Origin: an uncultured Eubacteriales bacterium
GTDB taxonomy: Bacteria; Bacillota; Clostridia; Oscillospirales; Acutalibacteraceae
DNA length: 53,907 nt
Assembly: GCA_964529775.1 (NCBI GenBank)
Contig: CAZGXK010000001.1
Span: forward strand, 1 to 53,907
Reading direction: 5' to 3'
Part shown: positions 30,976-40,143 of the stretch, piece after piece
Layout: each line of letters opens with the position of its first letter
How positions within the stretch are numbered: position 1 is the first letter of the stretch
Notes under the pieces: generated by a model
Databases searched by the model: none
What the model saw: the letters and a program-made list of their open reading frames with translations, nothing else
What the model was told of the DNA's origin: nothing
Made by a program: the position numbers and the translations under genes

Positions 30976-31296
30976 GTGATCACCTGTGTGAACGAACAGG
31001 AGTTTGAGGGATTTTTGGCGCAAAATCCCATGGCGCTGGTGGATTTTTGGGCGGAGTGGTGTCTGCCCTGCCGCATGATGGCCACGGTGCTCGAGGACCT
31101 CGAGGCCGAGTCGCCGTCGCTCGCCATCGGCAAGGTCGATGTGGACGAGTGCCCGAACCTCGCCGACCGGTTCGGGGTGGATGCCATCCCTCATCTCGTC
31201 CTGTTTCAAAACGGCGAGCCGAGGGAGAAGATGGTCGGGGTGCACACGCTCGAGGATGTGAAAGCGGCGCTCGCCCGCCTGTCAAAAAAAGAATAA
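30976..31296 (+). CDS. trxA: thioredoxin (active site WCLPC)
   Basis: 106 aa. FWAEWCLPCRMM replaces the canonical WCGPC. cis-Pro region AIPHLVLF. GTG start. Confidence 0.85.
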   Translation: MITCVNEQEFEGFLAQNPMALVDFWAEWCLPCRMMATVLEDLEAESPSLAIGKVDVDECPNLADRFGVDAIPHLVLFQNGEPREKMVGVHTLEDVKAALARLSKKE

Positions 31297-31308
31297 GACT
31301 GTTTCTTT

Positions 31309-31354
31309 ACCGAAAAACCGCCGCTCCGTCAAGCCGGGACGGCGGTTTTTCGGT
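31309..31354. terminator. bidirectional intrinsic terminator (trx / ung)
   Basis: ACCGAAAAACCGCCG ... CGGCGGTTTTTCGGT. This 15-bp stem has an A-tract and a T-tract built in and lies between convergent genes. Confidence 0.8.
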
Positions 31355-31385
31355 ACGGTGCTGGGAAAAGGGCAGGGGCCGGCGG

Positions 31386-32051
31386 TCACAGACGCCAGTC
31401 GATCTCGCCCTCCCCGTTTTCGCGCAGGAAGGCGTTGGCTCTGGAAAAATGCCGGCAGCCGAAAAACCCGGAATAGGCGGAGAGCGGGCTTGGGTGGGCG
31501 GCGAGCAGCGCCAGATGGCGGGAGTTTGAGATGAGCGGGAGCTTGGCGCGGGCGTTGGCCCCCCACAGCAGAAAGACCATCGGCTTCTCCCTCTCGTTGA
31601 GCAGGGAGATCACACGGTCGGTGAAGATCTCCCAGCCCATGCCCCGGTGGCTGTTCGGCTGCCCCGCGCGCACCGTCAGCACCGTGTTGAGCAGAAGAAC
31701 TCCCTGGCGCGTCCACGGCGTGAGGCATCCGGTTTGGGGGATAGGCACTCCGAGGTCGTCGTGCAGCTCGCGGAAGATGTTTTGCAAAGAGGGAGGCGGC
31801 GGCACCCCTTCCTGCACCGAAAAGCACAGCCCGTGCGCCTGCCCCGGACCGTGGTACGGGTCCTGCCCCAGAATCACCGCCCGCACCTCGCTGTAGGAGG
31901 TGGACTGCAGGGCGGCAAAGATGCGGTACATATCCGGGTAGACCGTCTGGGTGCGGTATTCCCGCTTCAGGAACTCCCGCAGCCGGAGATAGTAATCTTT
32001 GTGAAATTCCCCGCTCAGCAGGCCGTCCCATTCGTTGCCGAAATGCACCAT
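31386..32051 (-). CDS. ung: uracil-DNA glycosylase (family 1)
   Basis: 221 aa. VILGQDPYHGPGQAHGLCFSV and HPSPLSA motifs. Confidence 0.95.
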   Translation of the reverse strand: MVHFGNEWDGLLSGEFHKDYYLRLREFLKREYRTQTVYPDMYRIFAALQSTSYSEVRAVILGQDPYHGPGQAHGLCFSVQEGVPPPPSLQNIFRELHDDLGVPIPQTGCLTPWTRQGVLLLNTVLTVRAGQPNSHRGMGWEIFTDRVISLLNEREKPMVFLLWGANARAKLPLISNSRHLALLAAHPSPLSAYSGFFGCRHFSRANAFLRENGEGEIDWRL

Positions 32052-32147
32052 GCCGCATCCCCCTCTCTTTTGCCCATTATACCATATTTTTCGCCGCGCG
32101 GCAGGCTTTTACCGAAAAATTCGGAAAATCGGCGGTCCGCATAAGAA

Positions 32148-32195
32148 GCCGGCCGGGACCCGTGATTTTCGGCCCCGGCCGGCGGGATTTTTTCG
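32148..32195. terminator. GC-rich hairpin between the 32222-32809 gene and ung
   Basis: GCCGGCCGGG ... CCCCGGCCGGC stem. GGGATTTTTT follows on the plus strand and TTCTTAT on the minus strand. Function is uncertain. Confidence 0.4.
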
Positions 32196-32221
32196 GACGC
32201 GCTCGCCCCGCCATGCAGAAA

Positions 32222-32809
32222 CTACGGATGACATTTTTTGCACGGCTCATAACCCTGGCGGATGATGTCGTCCCTGCTGCCGTGGTATTCCTGCTTGTTT
32301 TCGTCTTTTATCCGTTTCACTTCGGAGCAGCTTGGCAGATGAAACTTATGGGTATTGGTGTTCAAAATATAGGTTGCGCTCGCCTCGGGGGGATCGGTCG
32401 GCGGTTCGGTGGGCGGCGCGGCGGGCGCTTCCGTCGGCGGTTCGGTAGGAGGGGGATTCGTCGGCGGCTCGGTCGGCGGCTCGGTCGGCGGCTCAGTCGG
32501 AGGCTCGGTAGGAGGCTCGGTGAATTCGGTCGTCGGCACGGGTTGTGTGGTCGTGGTGTGGCGTCGGGTGGTGCGCGAGGGTAAGACGGAAGAGACGATG
32601 CCGGAAGGTTCCGTCAGCGGGTCATCATCGGGGGGGGGAGTATTGTCGCCTGAAAAGATGCCGTAAAGCACGGATATGCCGAGTATACCCGCGACCACGG
32701 CGATGATGATTTTCTTCTTGCTCGATTTTTTCTTTCCCTGCTCTTCGCCGGCGGCCTGCTCCGCGGGCACGCTGACGAGAATTTCCTGAGTTTCCTTTTT
32801 CCGTTTCAT
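32222..32809 (-). CDS. membrane-anchored protein with a Pro/Thr/Glu repeat stalk and a C-terminal Cys-rich (Ada-like zinc) domain
   Basis: Start at ATG 32809 (GGAGG RBS): MKRKKETQ... TM helix IIIAVVAGILGISVLYGIF, (PTEP)n stalk, and C-terminus YILNTNTHKFHLPSCSEVKRIKDENKQEYHGSRDDIIRQGYEPCKKCHP. The rest of the track ORF (to 33082) runs over the tRNA and is read-in. Confidence 0.75.
   Translation of the reverse strand: MKRKKETQEILVSVPAEQAAGEEQGKKKSSKKKIIIAVVAGILGISVLYGIFSGDNTPPPDDDPLTEPSGIVSSVLPSRTTRRHTTTTQPVPTTEFTEPPTEPPTEPPTEPPTEPPTNPPPTEPPTEAPAAPPTEPPTDPPEASATYILNTNTHKFHLPSCSEVKRIKDENKQEYHGSRDDIIRQGYEPCKKCHP
32395..32525 (-). repeat. imperfect 12-bp tandem repeat (GGCTCGGTCGGC)n encoding PTEPPTEPP
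   Basis: At least five consecutive near-identical 12-mers are visible at 32458-32521, with more degenerate copies to the left. In frame within the CDS. Confidence 0.85.
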
Positions 32810-33074
32810 CGGGTGAACACCTCCGTTGTCGTGTTGATGAGCCTTCGGGAAAAAGCCTTGCCGGACTTCGGTTCCCCCTCTCGCGCGGAACCCATGCCCC
32901 GTCTTCGGGGGATGGCCGAATGGCACGGCGCCGACCGAAAACATTATACCATCTTCCGCCGGGCGGTACAAGTTTTTGCCGAAAAATTCGGGAAAGCGCG
33001 GCGGACGGGGGATTGACAAACGGACACCCCCTGTGGTAAAATACTCTCGTTCCGCGCCGGGGCGCGGAAGACAG

Positions 33075-33150
33075 GCTGGCATAGCTCAGTTGGTAGAGCA
33101 GCTGATTTGTAATCAGCAGGTCGGGGGTTCAAATCCGTCTGCCAGCTCCA
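33075..33150 (+). tRNA. tRNA-Thr (anticodon TGT)
   Basis: 76 nt folded by hand. Acceptor GCTGGCA/TGCCAGC, D arm GCTC-AGTTGGTA-GAGC, anticodon arm GCTGA-TTTGTAA-TCAGC, T loop TTCAAAT and encoded CCA. There is one G-G mismatch in the T stem. Confidence 0.9.
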
Positions 33151-33153
33151 GTC

Positions 33154-33184
33154 GCGGCGGGGTCAAACGGCCCCGCCGCGTTTG
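33154..33184 (+). terminator. intrinsic terminator after tRNA-Thr
   Basis: CGCGGCGGGG / CCCCGCCGCG stem followed by TTTGTG. Confidence 0.6.
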
Positions 33185-33223
33185 TGACGGGGCGTCTTTA
33201 ACAAAAGTTTCACAAATAAGTTC

Positions 33224-33252
33224 TTGACAGAGAGGGCGGGACGTGGTACTCT
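33224..33252 (+). promoter_or_regulatory. hrcA-dnaK operon promoter (TTGACA-17 nt-TACTCT)
   Basis: TTGACA at 33224-33229, a 17-nt spacer ending in TGG, and TACTCT at 33247-33252. The CIRCE element starts 5 nt downstream. Confidence 0.65.
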
Positions 33253-33256
33253 ATCG

Positions 33257-33283
33257 TTAGCACTCGGCGGCATAGAGTGCTAA
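33257..33283 (+). promoter_or_regulatory. CIRCE operator (HrcA binding site)
   Basis: TTAGCACTC-GGCGGCATA-GAGTGCTAA is a perfect match to the CIRCE consensus TTAGCACTC-N9-GAGTGCTAA. Confidence 0.95.
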
Positions 33284-33310
33284 TCGGCAGCCGATGAGGG
33301 AAGAAGGGGT

Positions 33311-34339
33311 TTGTCCGTGGAGCCGTTGGACGCCAGAAAGCGAAAGCTGCTGACAGCGGTGATCGAGACCTATATTCAAACCGACGAGCCGGTGGGTTCC
33401 AAGGCGCTCGCGGAGATGCAGGGGAACGAAGTGTCCTCCGCCACCATCCGCTCGGAGCTCGCGGCGCTCGGCGCGCTGGGTTATCTGGAGCAGCCGCACA
33501 CCTCGGCGGGCAGGGTGCCCACCGCAAAGGCGTACCGTCTATACATCGACTGTCTGATGACCCCGCACGCGCCGGGGGCGCAGAGCAAAGAGGCCATCCG
33601 GCGGCGCCTCTCGGAGGCCGCGGGGGATCCTCGGCATCTGCTCTCCGCCGCCTGCGAGATTCTCAGCGGGATGACGGGCTGCGCCGCGCTGACGGCGTCT
33701 TCCGGCGCCGGAGAGACCCTTCTGCGGCGCGTCGAGCTTTGGCGGCTGTCGCCGCACGCGGTGATGGCGGCGGTGGTCACCTCGTCGGGGGATCTGCGCT
33801 CCCGACTGTGCCGGGTGGAGGAGACGGTGACGGACGAGCGGATTGCCGCCCTGGGGGCGGAGATGAACCGGGAGTTCGGCGAAAAGCCCCTTTCATTGGT
33901 CACCCGCGCCGCCGTGCAGACGCTGCTCGGCTCGCTGGAGGACGGTCTGTCGCTCGCCGGTGTGGGCATGACAGTAGGCGAGCTCTGCTGCGAGGACGGG
34001 GGAGAGGTGCAGCTCTCCGGCGAATGGCAGCTGCTCCGCAGCCCGGATTACCCCTACGAGCACGCGCGGGATTTGCTGGGATTTCTCTCCCGGCGCGAGC
34101 GCCTTGCCGGTTGGCTTCCGGGGGGTTCGCGCGAAGTGCAGGTGATGCTGGGGGGCGAGGGCATCTGGCCGGAGCTCTCCGGTTCGAGCGTCATCGTCGC
34201 GCGGTATCTGCCGGAGGATACCCGCAAGGGCGGGGCGATCGGGCTTATCGGTCCGCTCCGCATGGATTATTCCCGCGCCATCCCACAGCTGCTCTACACC
34301 GCCCGCACGGTCGGCAGCCTGATGGCGGATTTGTGGTAA
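33311..34339 (+). CDS. hrcA: heat-inducible transcription repressor HrcA
   Basis: 342 aa. LDARKRKLLTAVIETYIQTDEPVGSKAL N-terminus. First gene of hrcA-grpE-dnaK-dnaJ. Start is TTG 33311 or GTG 33317. Confidence 0.93.
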   Translation: MSVEPLDARKRKLLTAVIETYIQTDEPVGSKALAEMQGNEVSSATIRSELAALGALGYLEQPHTSAGRVPTAKAYRLYIDCLMTPHAPGAQSKEAIRRRLSEAAGDPRHLLSAACEILSGMTGCAALTASSGAGETLLRRVELWRLSPHAVMAAVVTSSGDLRSRLCRVEETVTDERIAALGAEMNREFGEKPLSLVTRAAVQTLLGSLEDGLSLAGVGMTVGELCCEDGGEVQLSGEWQLLRSPDYPYEHARDLLGFLSRRERLAGWLPGGSREVQVMLGGEGIWPELSGSSVIVARYLPEDTRKGGAIGLIGPLRMDYSRAIPQLLYTARTVGSLMADLW

Positions 34340-34372
34340 GATTATCCCGGTCCGAGAAAGGAAGGATTTGCC

Positions 34373-34903
34373 GTGGAGAGTGAGCAGGCGCCTCAAAACG
34401 AGGCGGAGGAACAGAAGCAGCCGGAAGAAGAGACGAAGGCCAAGAAAAAGAAAAAAGAGACGCTCTCGGAGAAACTGGCGGCGACCAAAGAGGAGCTCGC
34501 CAATTTACAAGAGCAGTATACCCGAATGCTCGCGGAGTACGCCAACTACAAGCGGCGCACCGAACAGGAGAAGGAGAGCATCGGGCAGTTCGCCAAATCC
34601 GAGGTGCTGCGCGAGCTGCTGCCGTGCCTGGACAATCTGGAGCGCTCCGCCCTTGCCCCCGACGGGCCGGAATACCGCAAGGGCGTGGATATGACCGTCC
34701 GGCAGCTGCAAGAGCTGCTGCGCAAGCAGGGGCTCACCGAGATCGAGGCCGAGGGACGGCCGTTCGACCCGGAAATCCATCACGCGGTGATGCGGGAGGA
34801 CGCGGACGGCGTGGCGCCGGACACGGTGACCGAGGTCTTTCAAAAGGGGTATAAAGTGGGGGATCGGGTCATCCGCCCCGCGATGGTGAAAGTCGCCAAT
34901 TAG
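34373..34903 (+). CDS. grpE: nucleotide exchange factor GrpE
   Basis: 176 aa. Acidic/basic N-terminus, [12 protein letters not shown], and C-terminal FDPEIHHAV...[16 protein letters not shown]. Confidence 0.95.
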   Translation: MESEQAPQNEAEEQKQPEEETKAKKKKKETLSEKLAATKEELANLQEQYTRMLAEYANYKRRTEQEKESIGQFAKSEVLRELLPCLDNLERSALAPDGPEYRKGVDMTVRQLQELLRKQGLTEIEAEGRPFDPEIHHAVMREDADGVAPDTVTEVFQKGYKVGDRVIRPAMVKVAN

Positions 34904-34959
34904 GCAGGGCACAGTTTGCGGCATCGGCATCTGTGCGATATTATAAGGAGGAATGCATT

Positions 34960-36786
34960 ATGGCAAAAATCATCGGTATCGATCTCGGGACCACCAATTC
35001 GTGCGTCGCGGTGATCGAGGGCGGCGAAGCGGTCGTCATCCCCAACGCCGAGGGGGCGCGCACCACCCCGTCGGTGGTCGGTTTCAAGAAAGACGGGGAA
35101 CGCCTGGTGGGGCGCACCGCCAAACAGCAGGCGGTGAGCAATCCCGACCGCACCGTTTCCTCCATCAAGCGCGAGATGGGCAGCGGGCACAAGGTCACGA
35201 TCGACGGCAAATCCTATACCCCGCAGGAAATCTCCGCGATGATTCTGCAGAAGCTGAAGGCGGACGCGGAGAGCTATCTCGGCGACACGGTGACCGAGGC
35301 GGTCATCACGGTGCCCGCGTATTTCACCGACGCCCAGCGCCAGGCGACCAAAGACGCCGGCAAGATCGCGGGGCTGGAGGTCAAGCGCATCATCAACGAG
35401 CCGACGGCGGCGGCGCTCGCCTACGGCATCGACAAGGAAAGCGACCAGAAGATTATGGTGTACGACCTCGGCGGCGGCACGTTCGACGTCTCCATCATCG
35501 AGATGGGGGACGGCGTGCAGGAGGTGCTGGCGACGGCCGGCAACAACCGTCTGGGCGGCGACGATTTCGACCAGAAGATTGTGAACTGGATGCTCGCCGA
35601 GTTTAAGAAGAGCGACGGCATCGACCTGTCGGGCGACAAAATGGCGATGCAGCGTCTGCGTGAGGCGGCGGAAAAGGCCAAGATCGAGCTCTCCGGCGGG
35701 GTGAGCAGCAACATCAACCTGCCGTTCATCACGGCGGACGCCAACGGCCCGAAGCACTTGGACCTCACGCTCACCCGCGCCGATTTCAACCGGCTGACGG
35801 CGGATCTGGTCGAGATGACGATGGGACCGGTCAAGCAGGCACTCTCCGACAGCGGCCTGACGGCCTCGCAGATCGACAAGGTGCTGCTCGTGGGCGGCTC
35901 TACCCGCATACCCGCGGTGCAGGAGGCCGTGAAGAAAGCGATGGGCAAGGAGCCGTTCAAGGGCATCAACCCGGACGAGTGCGTGGCGATGGGTGCCGCT
36001 CTTCAGGGCGGCGTGCTCGGCGGCGAGGTCAAGGGTCTGCTGCTGCTGGACGTCACCCCGCTTTCGCTCGGGGTGGAGACCATGGGCGGCATTATGACGA
36101 AGATCATCGACCGCAACACCACCATCCCCACCAAGAAGAGCCAGATCTTCTCCACGGCGGCGGACAACCAGCCTTCGGTGGAGATCAACGTGCTGCAGGG
36201 CGAGCGGGAATTTGCGCGGGACAACAAGTCGCTGGGGATGTTCCACCTCGACGGGATCGCCCCCGCGCCGCGCGGCGTCCCGCAGATCGAGGTCACCTTC
36301 GACATCGACGCGAACGGCATCGTCAACGTGAGCGCAAAGGATATGGCGACCGGCCGCGAGCAGAAGATCACCATCACGTCCAACACGAATATGTCCAAGG
36401 AGGATGTGGAGAAGGCGGTCAAGGACGCGGAGCAGTACGCGGCGGAGGACAAAAAGCGCCGCGAGCAGGTGGAGACCCGCAACGAGGCCGACCAGGCGGT
36501 GTACCAGTGTGAAAAGGCGCTGAGCGATTTCGGCGACAAGGTGGACGCGGCAGACAAGAGCGCCGTGCAGGCGAAGATCGACGAGCTCAAGGAGGCGCTC
36601 AAGGGCGAGGATATCGGCGCGATCCAGGCCAAGAAGGACGAGCTGATGAAGGCCTTCGGCGATGTCGCCACCAAGGCGTATCAGGCGAGCGCGCAGCAGG
36701 GAGAGCAGTCTCAGCAGCCTCCGCAGACCCCGCCGCCTGAGGGGACGGGCAGCGGCGACGGCTATTACAGCGGAGACGTTCAATAA
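34960..36786 (+). CDS. dnaK: molecular chaperone DnaK (Hsp70)
   Basis: Start at ATG 34960 ([14 protein letters not shown]). [10 protein letters not shown] and the other Hsp70 signatures are present. Confidence 0.98.
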   Translation: MAKIIGIDLGTTNSCVAVIEGGEAVVIPNAEGARTTPSVVGFKKDGERLVGRTAKQQAVSNPDRTVSSIKREMGSGHKVTIDGKSYTPQEISAMILQKLKADAESYLGDTVTEAVITVPAYFTDAQRQATKDAGKIAGLEVKRIINEPTAAALAYGIDKESDQKIMVYDLGGGTFDVSIIEMGDGVQEVLATAGNNRLGGDDFDQKIVNWMLAEFKKSDGIDLSGDKMAMQRLREAAEKAKIELSGGVSSNINLPFITADANGPKHLDLTLTRADFNRLTADLVEMTMGPVKQALSDSGLTASQIDKVLLVGGSTRIPAVQEAVKKAMGKEPFKGINPDECVAMGAALQGGVLGGEVKGLLLLDVTPLSLGVETMGGIMTKIIDRNTTIPTKKSQIFSTAADNQPSVEINVLQGEREFARDNKSLGMFHLDGIAPAPRGVPQIEVTFDIDANGIVNVSAKDMATGREQKITITSNTNMSKEDVEKAVKDAEQYAAEDKKRREQVETRNEADQAVYQCEKALSDFGDKVDAADKSAVQAKIDELKEALKGEDIGAIQAKKDELMKAFGDVATKAYQASAQQGEQSQQPPQTPPPEGTGSGDGYYSGDVQ

Positions 36787-36898
36787 GCGTTCCAGCCGGT
36801 AGGGAGCGGGCTTTCGCGGCGCCGAACGCCGCCGCGAAAGCCCCCGGCAGGATCAAGGGCGCAGTCACAATTAAGGTTCCGGAAAGGGTAGTCACGCG

Positions 36899-38038
36899 AT
36901 GGCGGACAAACGCGATTATTATGAGGTGCTCGGGGTACAGCGGGGGGCGTCGGAAGACGAGATCAAGAAGGCGTACCGCAAGCTGGCCAAGCAGTACCAT
37001 CCCGATCTGAACCCGGGGGATAAGTCGGCGGAGGCCCACTTCAAGGAGATCAACGAGGCCTACGAGGTGCTCTCCGACAGCCAGAAGCGGGCGAGATACG
37101 ACCAGTTCGGCCACGCGGGGGTCGACCCCAATTTCGGCGCTGGCGGCAGCGCCTACGGCGGGTTCCAGGATATGGATATCGACCTCGGGGATGTTTTCTC
37201 CTCCTTCTTCGGCGGGGGCTCCAGACGCTCCAACCCGAACGCCCCGCGCCGGGGCACGGATGTGGGCGCGAGCGTCATCCTCTCGTTTGAGGAATCCGCC
37301 CACGGCTGTAAGAAGCAGGTGGACGTCACTCTTGTGGAGAGCTGTCCCGAATGTGGCGGCAGCGGCGCGGCCAGGGGAACCTCGCCCGTCGTCTGCCCCG
37401 ACTGCGGAGGCAGCGGGCAGGTGAGGCGCCAGCAGCGCACGCCGTTTGGGGTGATGCAGAGCCAGAGCGTCTGTCCGCGCTGCCACGGCAGCGGGCGGGT
37501 GATTCAAAACCCCTGCGGTTCCTGCCACGGCAGCGGGCACGTCAGCGTGCGCCGCAAGGTGGGGGTCAATATCCCCGCCGGCATCGACGACGGACAGGTC
37601 ATCTCCATCCGCGGCAAGGGCAACGCGGGCCAAAACGGCGGCCCCGCCGGGGATTTGCAGGTGCAGGTTTCGGTGCGGCCCCACCCGTTCTTCGAGCGGA
37701 GGGACAACGACATCGTCTGCGATTTGCCCCTGACCTTTGTGCAGGCGTCGCTCGGCGCGGAGATTCAGGTGCCGACCCTCGACGGTCCGGTTCCCTACAC
37801 CGTCCGGGAGGGGACTCAGCCGGGAGAGCTGCTGCGCATCAAGGGCAAGGGTTTTCCCGATGTGCAGGGCAGGCGTCCGGGGGATCTCATCTTCCGCGTG
37901 ACGGTGGAGGTCCCGAAAAACCTCAGCGCGGAACAGAAAGATTTGCTGCGCCGGTTCGACGGTACGACCACCCCGCACAATTACCAAAAACGCAGCAGCT
38001 TTTTTGAGAAGATAAAAAAAGTCTTCGGGGGAGACTGA
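36899..38038 (+). CDS. dnaJ: molecular chaperone DnaJ
   Basis: 379 aa. J domain with HPD (YHPDLNP), G/F region and four CxxCxGxG zinc motifs. Confidence 0.97.
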   Translation: MADKRDYYEVLGVQRGASEDEIKKAYRKLAKQYHPDLNPGDKSAEAHFKEINEAYEVLSDSQKRARYDQFGHAGVDPNFGAGGSAYGGFQDMDIDLGDVFSSFFGGGSRRSNPNAPRRGTDVGASVILSFEESAHGCKKQVDVTLVESCPECGGSGAARGTSPVVCPDCGGSGQVRRQQRTPFGVMQSQSVCPRCHGSGRVIQNPCGSCHGSGHVSVRRKVGVNIPAGIDDGQVISIRGKGNAGQNGGPAGDLQVQVSVRPHPFFERRDNDIVCDLPLTFVQASLGAEIQVPTLDGPVPYTVREGTQPGELLRIKGKGFPDVQGRRPGDLIFRVTVEVPKNLSAEQKDLLRRFDGTTTPHNYQKRSSFFEKIKKVFGGD

Positions 38039-38057
38039 CTCCGCACGGAGGCGCGAG

Positions 38058-38104
38058 AAAAACCGCCGGCAGACGGGACGTAAACCCTTCTGCCGGCGGT
38101 TTTG
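38058..38104. terminator. bidirectional intrinsic terminator (dnaJ / comEA-like)
   Basis: AAAACCGCCGGCAGA ... TCTGCCGGCGGTTTT stem with flanking A and T tracts, between convergent genes. Confidence 0.85.
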
Positions 38105-38114
38105 CTCTGCGCGG

Positions 38115-38450
38115 TTATGTCACCGTGAAATAGGGGCTCCACCTGCGGTAGCGCGTATCGCCTATGCCCTCGATCTCCCGCAGCTGCGACACGCTTTGAA
38201 AACCCCCGTGTTCTTCGCGGTAGGCGATCACTCTCCCCGCCAGCGTCTCGCTCATCCCGTCGAGAAGCAGCAGCGTATCGAAAGAGACCGTGTTCAAATC
38301 GGCGGGCCAGCTGAGCGCGGACGGGTCGGGGGCGTCTGTCGTGTGCTCGGGCGTCAGCAGCGGCCCCGGGGCGCACAGGACGCACAGTACCGCGACCAGC
38401 ACGGCCGCCGCCGCGACGGCGCACCGCAGGATCACCGAGCGGACCGCCAT
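38115..38450 (-). CDS. ComEA family helix-hairpin-helix DNA-binding protein (short form)
   Basis: Start at ATG 38450 (GGGGGAGGAA RBS), 111 aa. TM helix AVAAAAVLVAVLCVLC. HhH region LLLLDGMSETLAGRVIAYREEHGGFQSVSQLREIEGIG. Confidence 0.8.
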   Translation of the reverse strand: MAVRSVILRCAVAAAAVLVAVLCVLCAPGPLLTPEHTTDAPDPSALSWPADLNTVSFDTLLLLDGMSETLAGRVIAYREEHGGFQSVSQLREIEGIGDTRYRRWSPYFTVT

Positions 38451-38875
38451 GGTTCCTCCCCCCTTTTTGTCTATTTTACCCGAAATCCCCGCGCGGCGCA
38501 AGGGGATTCCGCTTTTTTCGCGGGGGGCCGCGCGGGGCGGCGCGGCGGGAGAACCTTCGCCCTCCGGGGCGGCCGTCCGGGGCGCGCTTTTTCCGCCGCC
38601 GTCTTGCCGCTTTCGGCGGATTTTGATCCCCCATGGGGAGGGGATTCGGGAAATGTCCAAAAATTTTTCACACGCCTTTTTTCACCCAGTCGGGATAGGG
38701 GCAAGGAGAATTTTTGGAGAAACATACAAAATTTTTTTGGAAAGGCCTTGTACGGAGCCGATTTTCGGCGTTTTTGCCGCTTGCTTTTCGAGAGGGGGAG
38801 AGGTATACTTTAATCAGGAGGACTGTGTCCGGCAGCGCCGCGCCATGCGGCACGTAGAAAGTATGGGGGATTCCT

Positions 38876-39724
38876 GTGTCTTGCGATTTACACTGTCACA
38901 CCAAAATATCCGACGGCTCGATGGGGATTGAGGATCTCATCGGCATGGCCAAGCGGCGGGGGATCACCGCCCTCGCGGTCACCGACCACGATACCACCGC
39001 CGGGGCGACCCGCGCGGTCATCTTGGGCAGGAGACAGGGGCTGAACGTCATTCACGGGGTGGAACTTTCCGCCTCGGACGGGCCCCGCGGGGGGAAGGCG
39101 CACCTGCTGTGTTATTTGTGTGACACGCCGGACAGGCTGGAGAGCATCTGCCGCGCCACCGGCGAGCAGCGAAAAAAGGCCGCCACCGAGATGGTGCGGC
39201 GGGTGATGCGGTATTACCCGGTCACCCCGGAGATGATCGTGCGCGAGGCGGCGGGCAGCACCAATATCTACAAGCAGCACATCATGCACGCGCTGATGGA
39301 CGCGGGATATGCGGACAGTATTTACGGGGATGTCTATCAAAAGCTGTTCGGCGAGAAAGGGGTCGCGCGCGCGCAGATCGAGTACCCGGACGTGCGGGAC
39401 GTGCTCGAACTCATCCACAGCGCGGGCGGCATCGCGGTGCTCGCGCACCCGTACCAGTACGGCAACGAGGCGCTGCTCGAGGAGCTGACCGATCTCGGGC
39501 TCGACGGCGTGGAGGTGTGGCATCCCTCCCACACGCCGGAGCAGACGGAGGCGCTGAAGACTTTCGCCGAGGAACACCGTCTGCTGATGACCGGCGGCTC
39601 GGATTTTCACGGTATGTACAGCACCACCACCCGCGCCGTCGGCAGCACCTCGGCGCCCGTGGAACAGGTGGCGGAGCTGCTCGCGTTCAAGGAAATGACG
39701 AAGAAAAAACTGGTTCACCGATAA
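38876..39724 (+). CDS. PHP domain metal-dependent phosphoesterase
   Basis: 282 aa. CDLHCHTKISDG, ALAVTDHDT, VLAHP and GGSDFHG motifs. GTG start. Confidence 0.88.
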   Translation: MSCDLHCHTKISDGSMGIEDLIGMAKRRGITALAVTDHDTTAGATRAVILGRRQGLNVIHGVELSASDGPRGGKAHLLCYLCDTPDRLESICRATGEQRKKAATEMVRRVMRYYPVTPEMIVREAAGSTNIYKQHIMHALMDAGYADSIYGDVYQKLFGEKGVARAQIEYPDVRDVLELIHSAGGIAVLAHPYQYGNEALLEELTDLGLDGVEVWHPSHTPEQTEALKTFAEEHRLLMTGGSDFHGMYSTTTRAVGSTSAPVEQVAELLAFKEMTKKKLVHR

Positions 39725-39742
39725 AGAGAGGGAGTGTGTGCG

Positions 39743-40027
39743 ATGACGATCACTTATCAGCCGCAGGGCGTGTGCTCGCGGGAGATTGTGATTGAGCTGG
39801 ACAAACAGGATGTGGTGCGGGATATCCGCTTTACGGGAGGGTGCAGCGGCAACACCCAGGGGGTTTCCCGCCTGGCCGTCGGGCTTCCGGCGGCGGAGGT
39901 GGTCGAGCGGCTGCGCGGCATCCGCTGCGGGCTGCACAGGATGCCGGACGGCACCCCCACCTCCTGCCCGGATCAGCTCGCCCGCGCGATCGAGCAGGCG
40001 CTCGGCAGCCGGGACGCGGCGAAGTGA
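39743..40027 (+). CDS. TSCPD-domain protein (TIGR03905-like)
   Basis: 94 aa from ATG 39743. GGCSGNTQG and a literal TSCPDQLA motif. Confidence 0.8.
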   Translation: MTITYQPQGVCSREIVIELDKQDVVRDIRFTGGCSGNTQGVSRLAVGLPAAEVVERLRGIRCGLHRMPDGTPTSCPDQLARAIEQALGSRDAAK

Positions 40028-40092
40028 GCGCGGTGCGCAAGGGCCGTACCCCGCAGCGCGGAAGACAGGACCGTTATTCACAAAATAAGACC

Positions 40093-40128
40093 ATCGGCGC
40101 CGGAAAACCGGCGCCGATTGGTGTTTTT
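40093..40128. terminator. intrinsic terminator between convergent genes
   Basis: ATCGGCGCCGG-AAAA-CCGGCGCCGAT, an 11-bp stem, followed by TGGTGTTTTT. Confidence 0.8.
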
Positions 40129-40143
40129 CGAGGGTGAGGGAAG

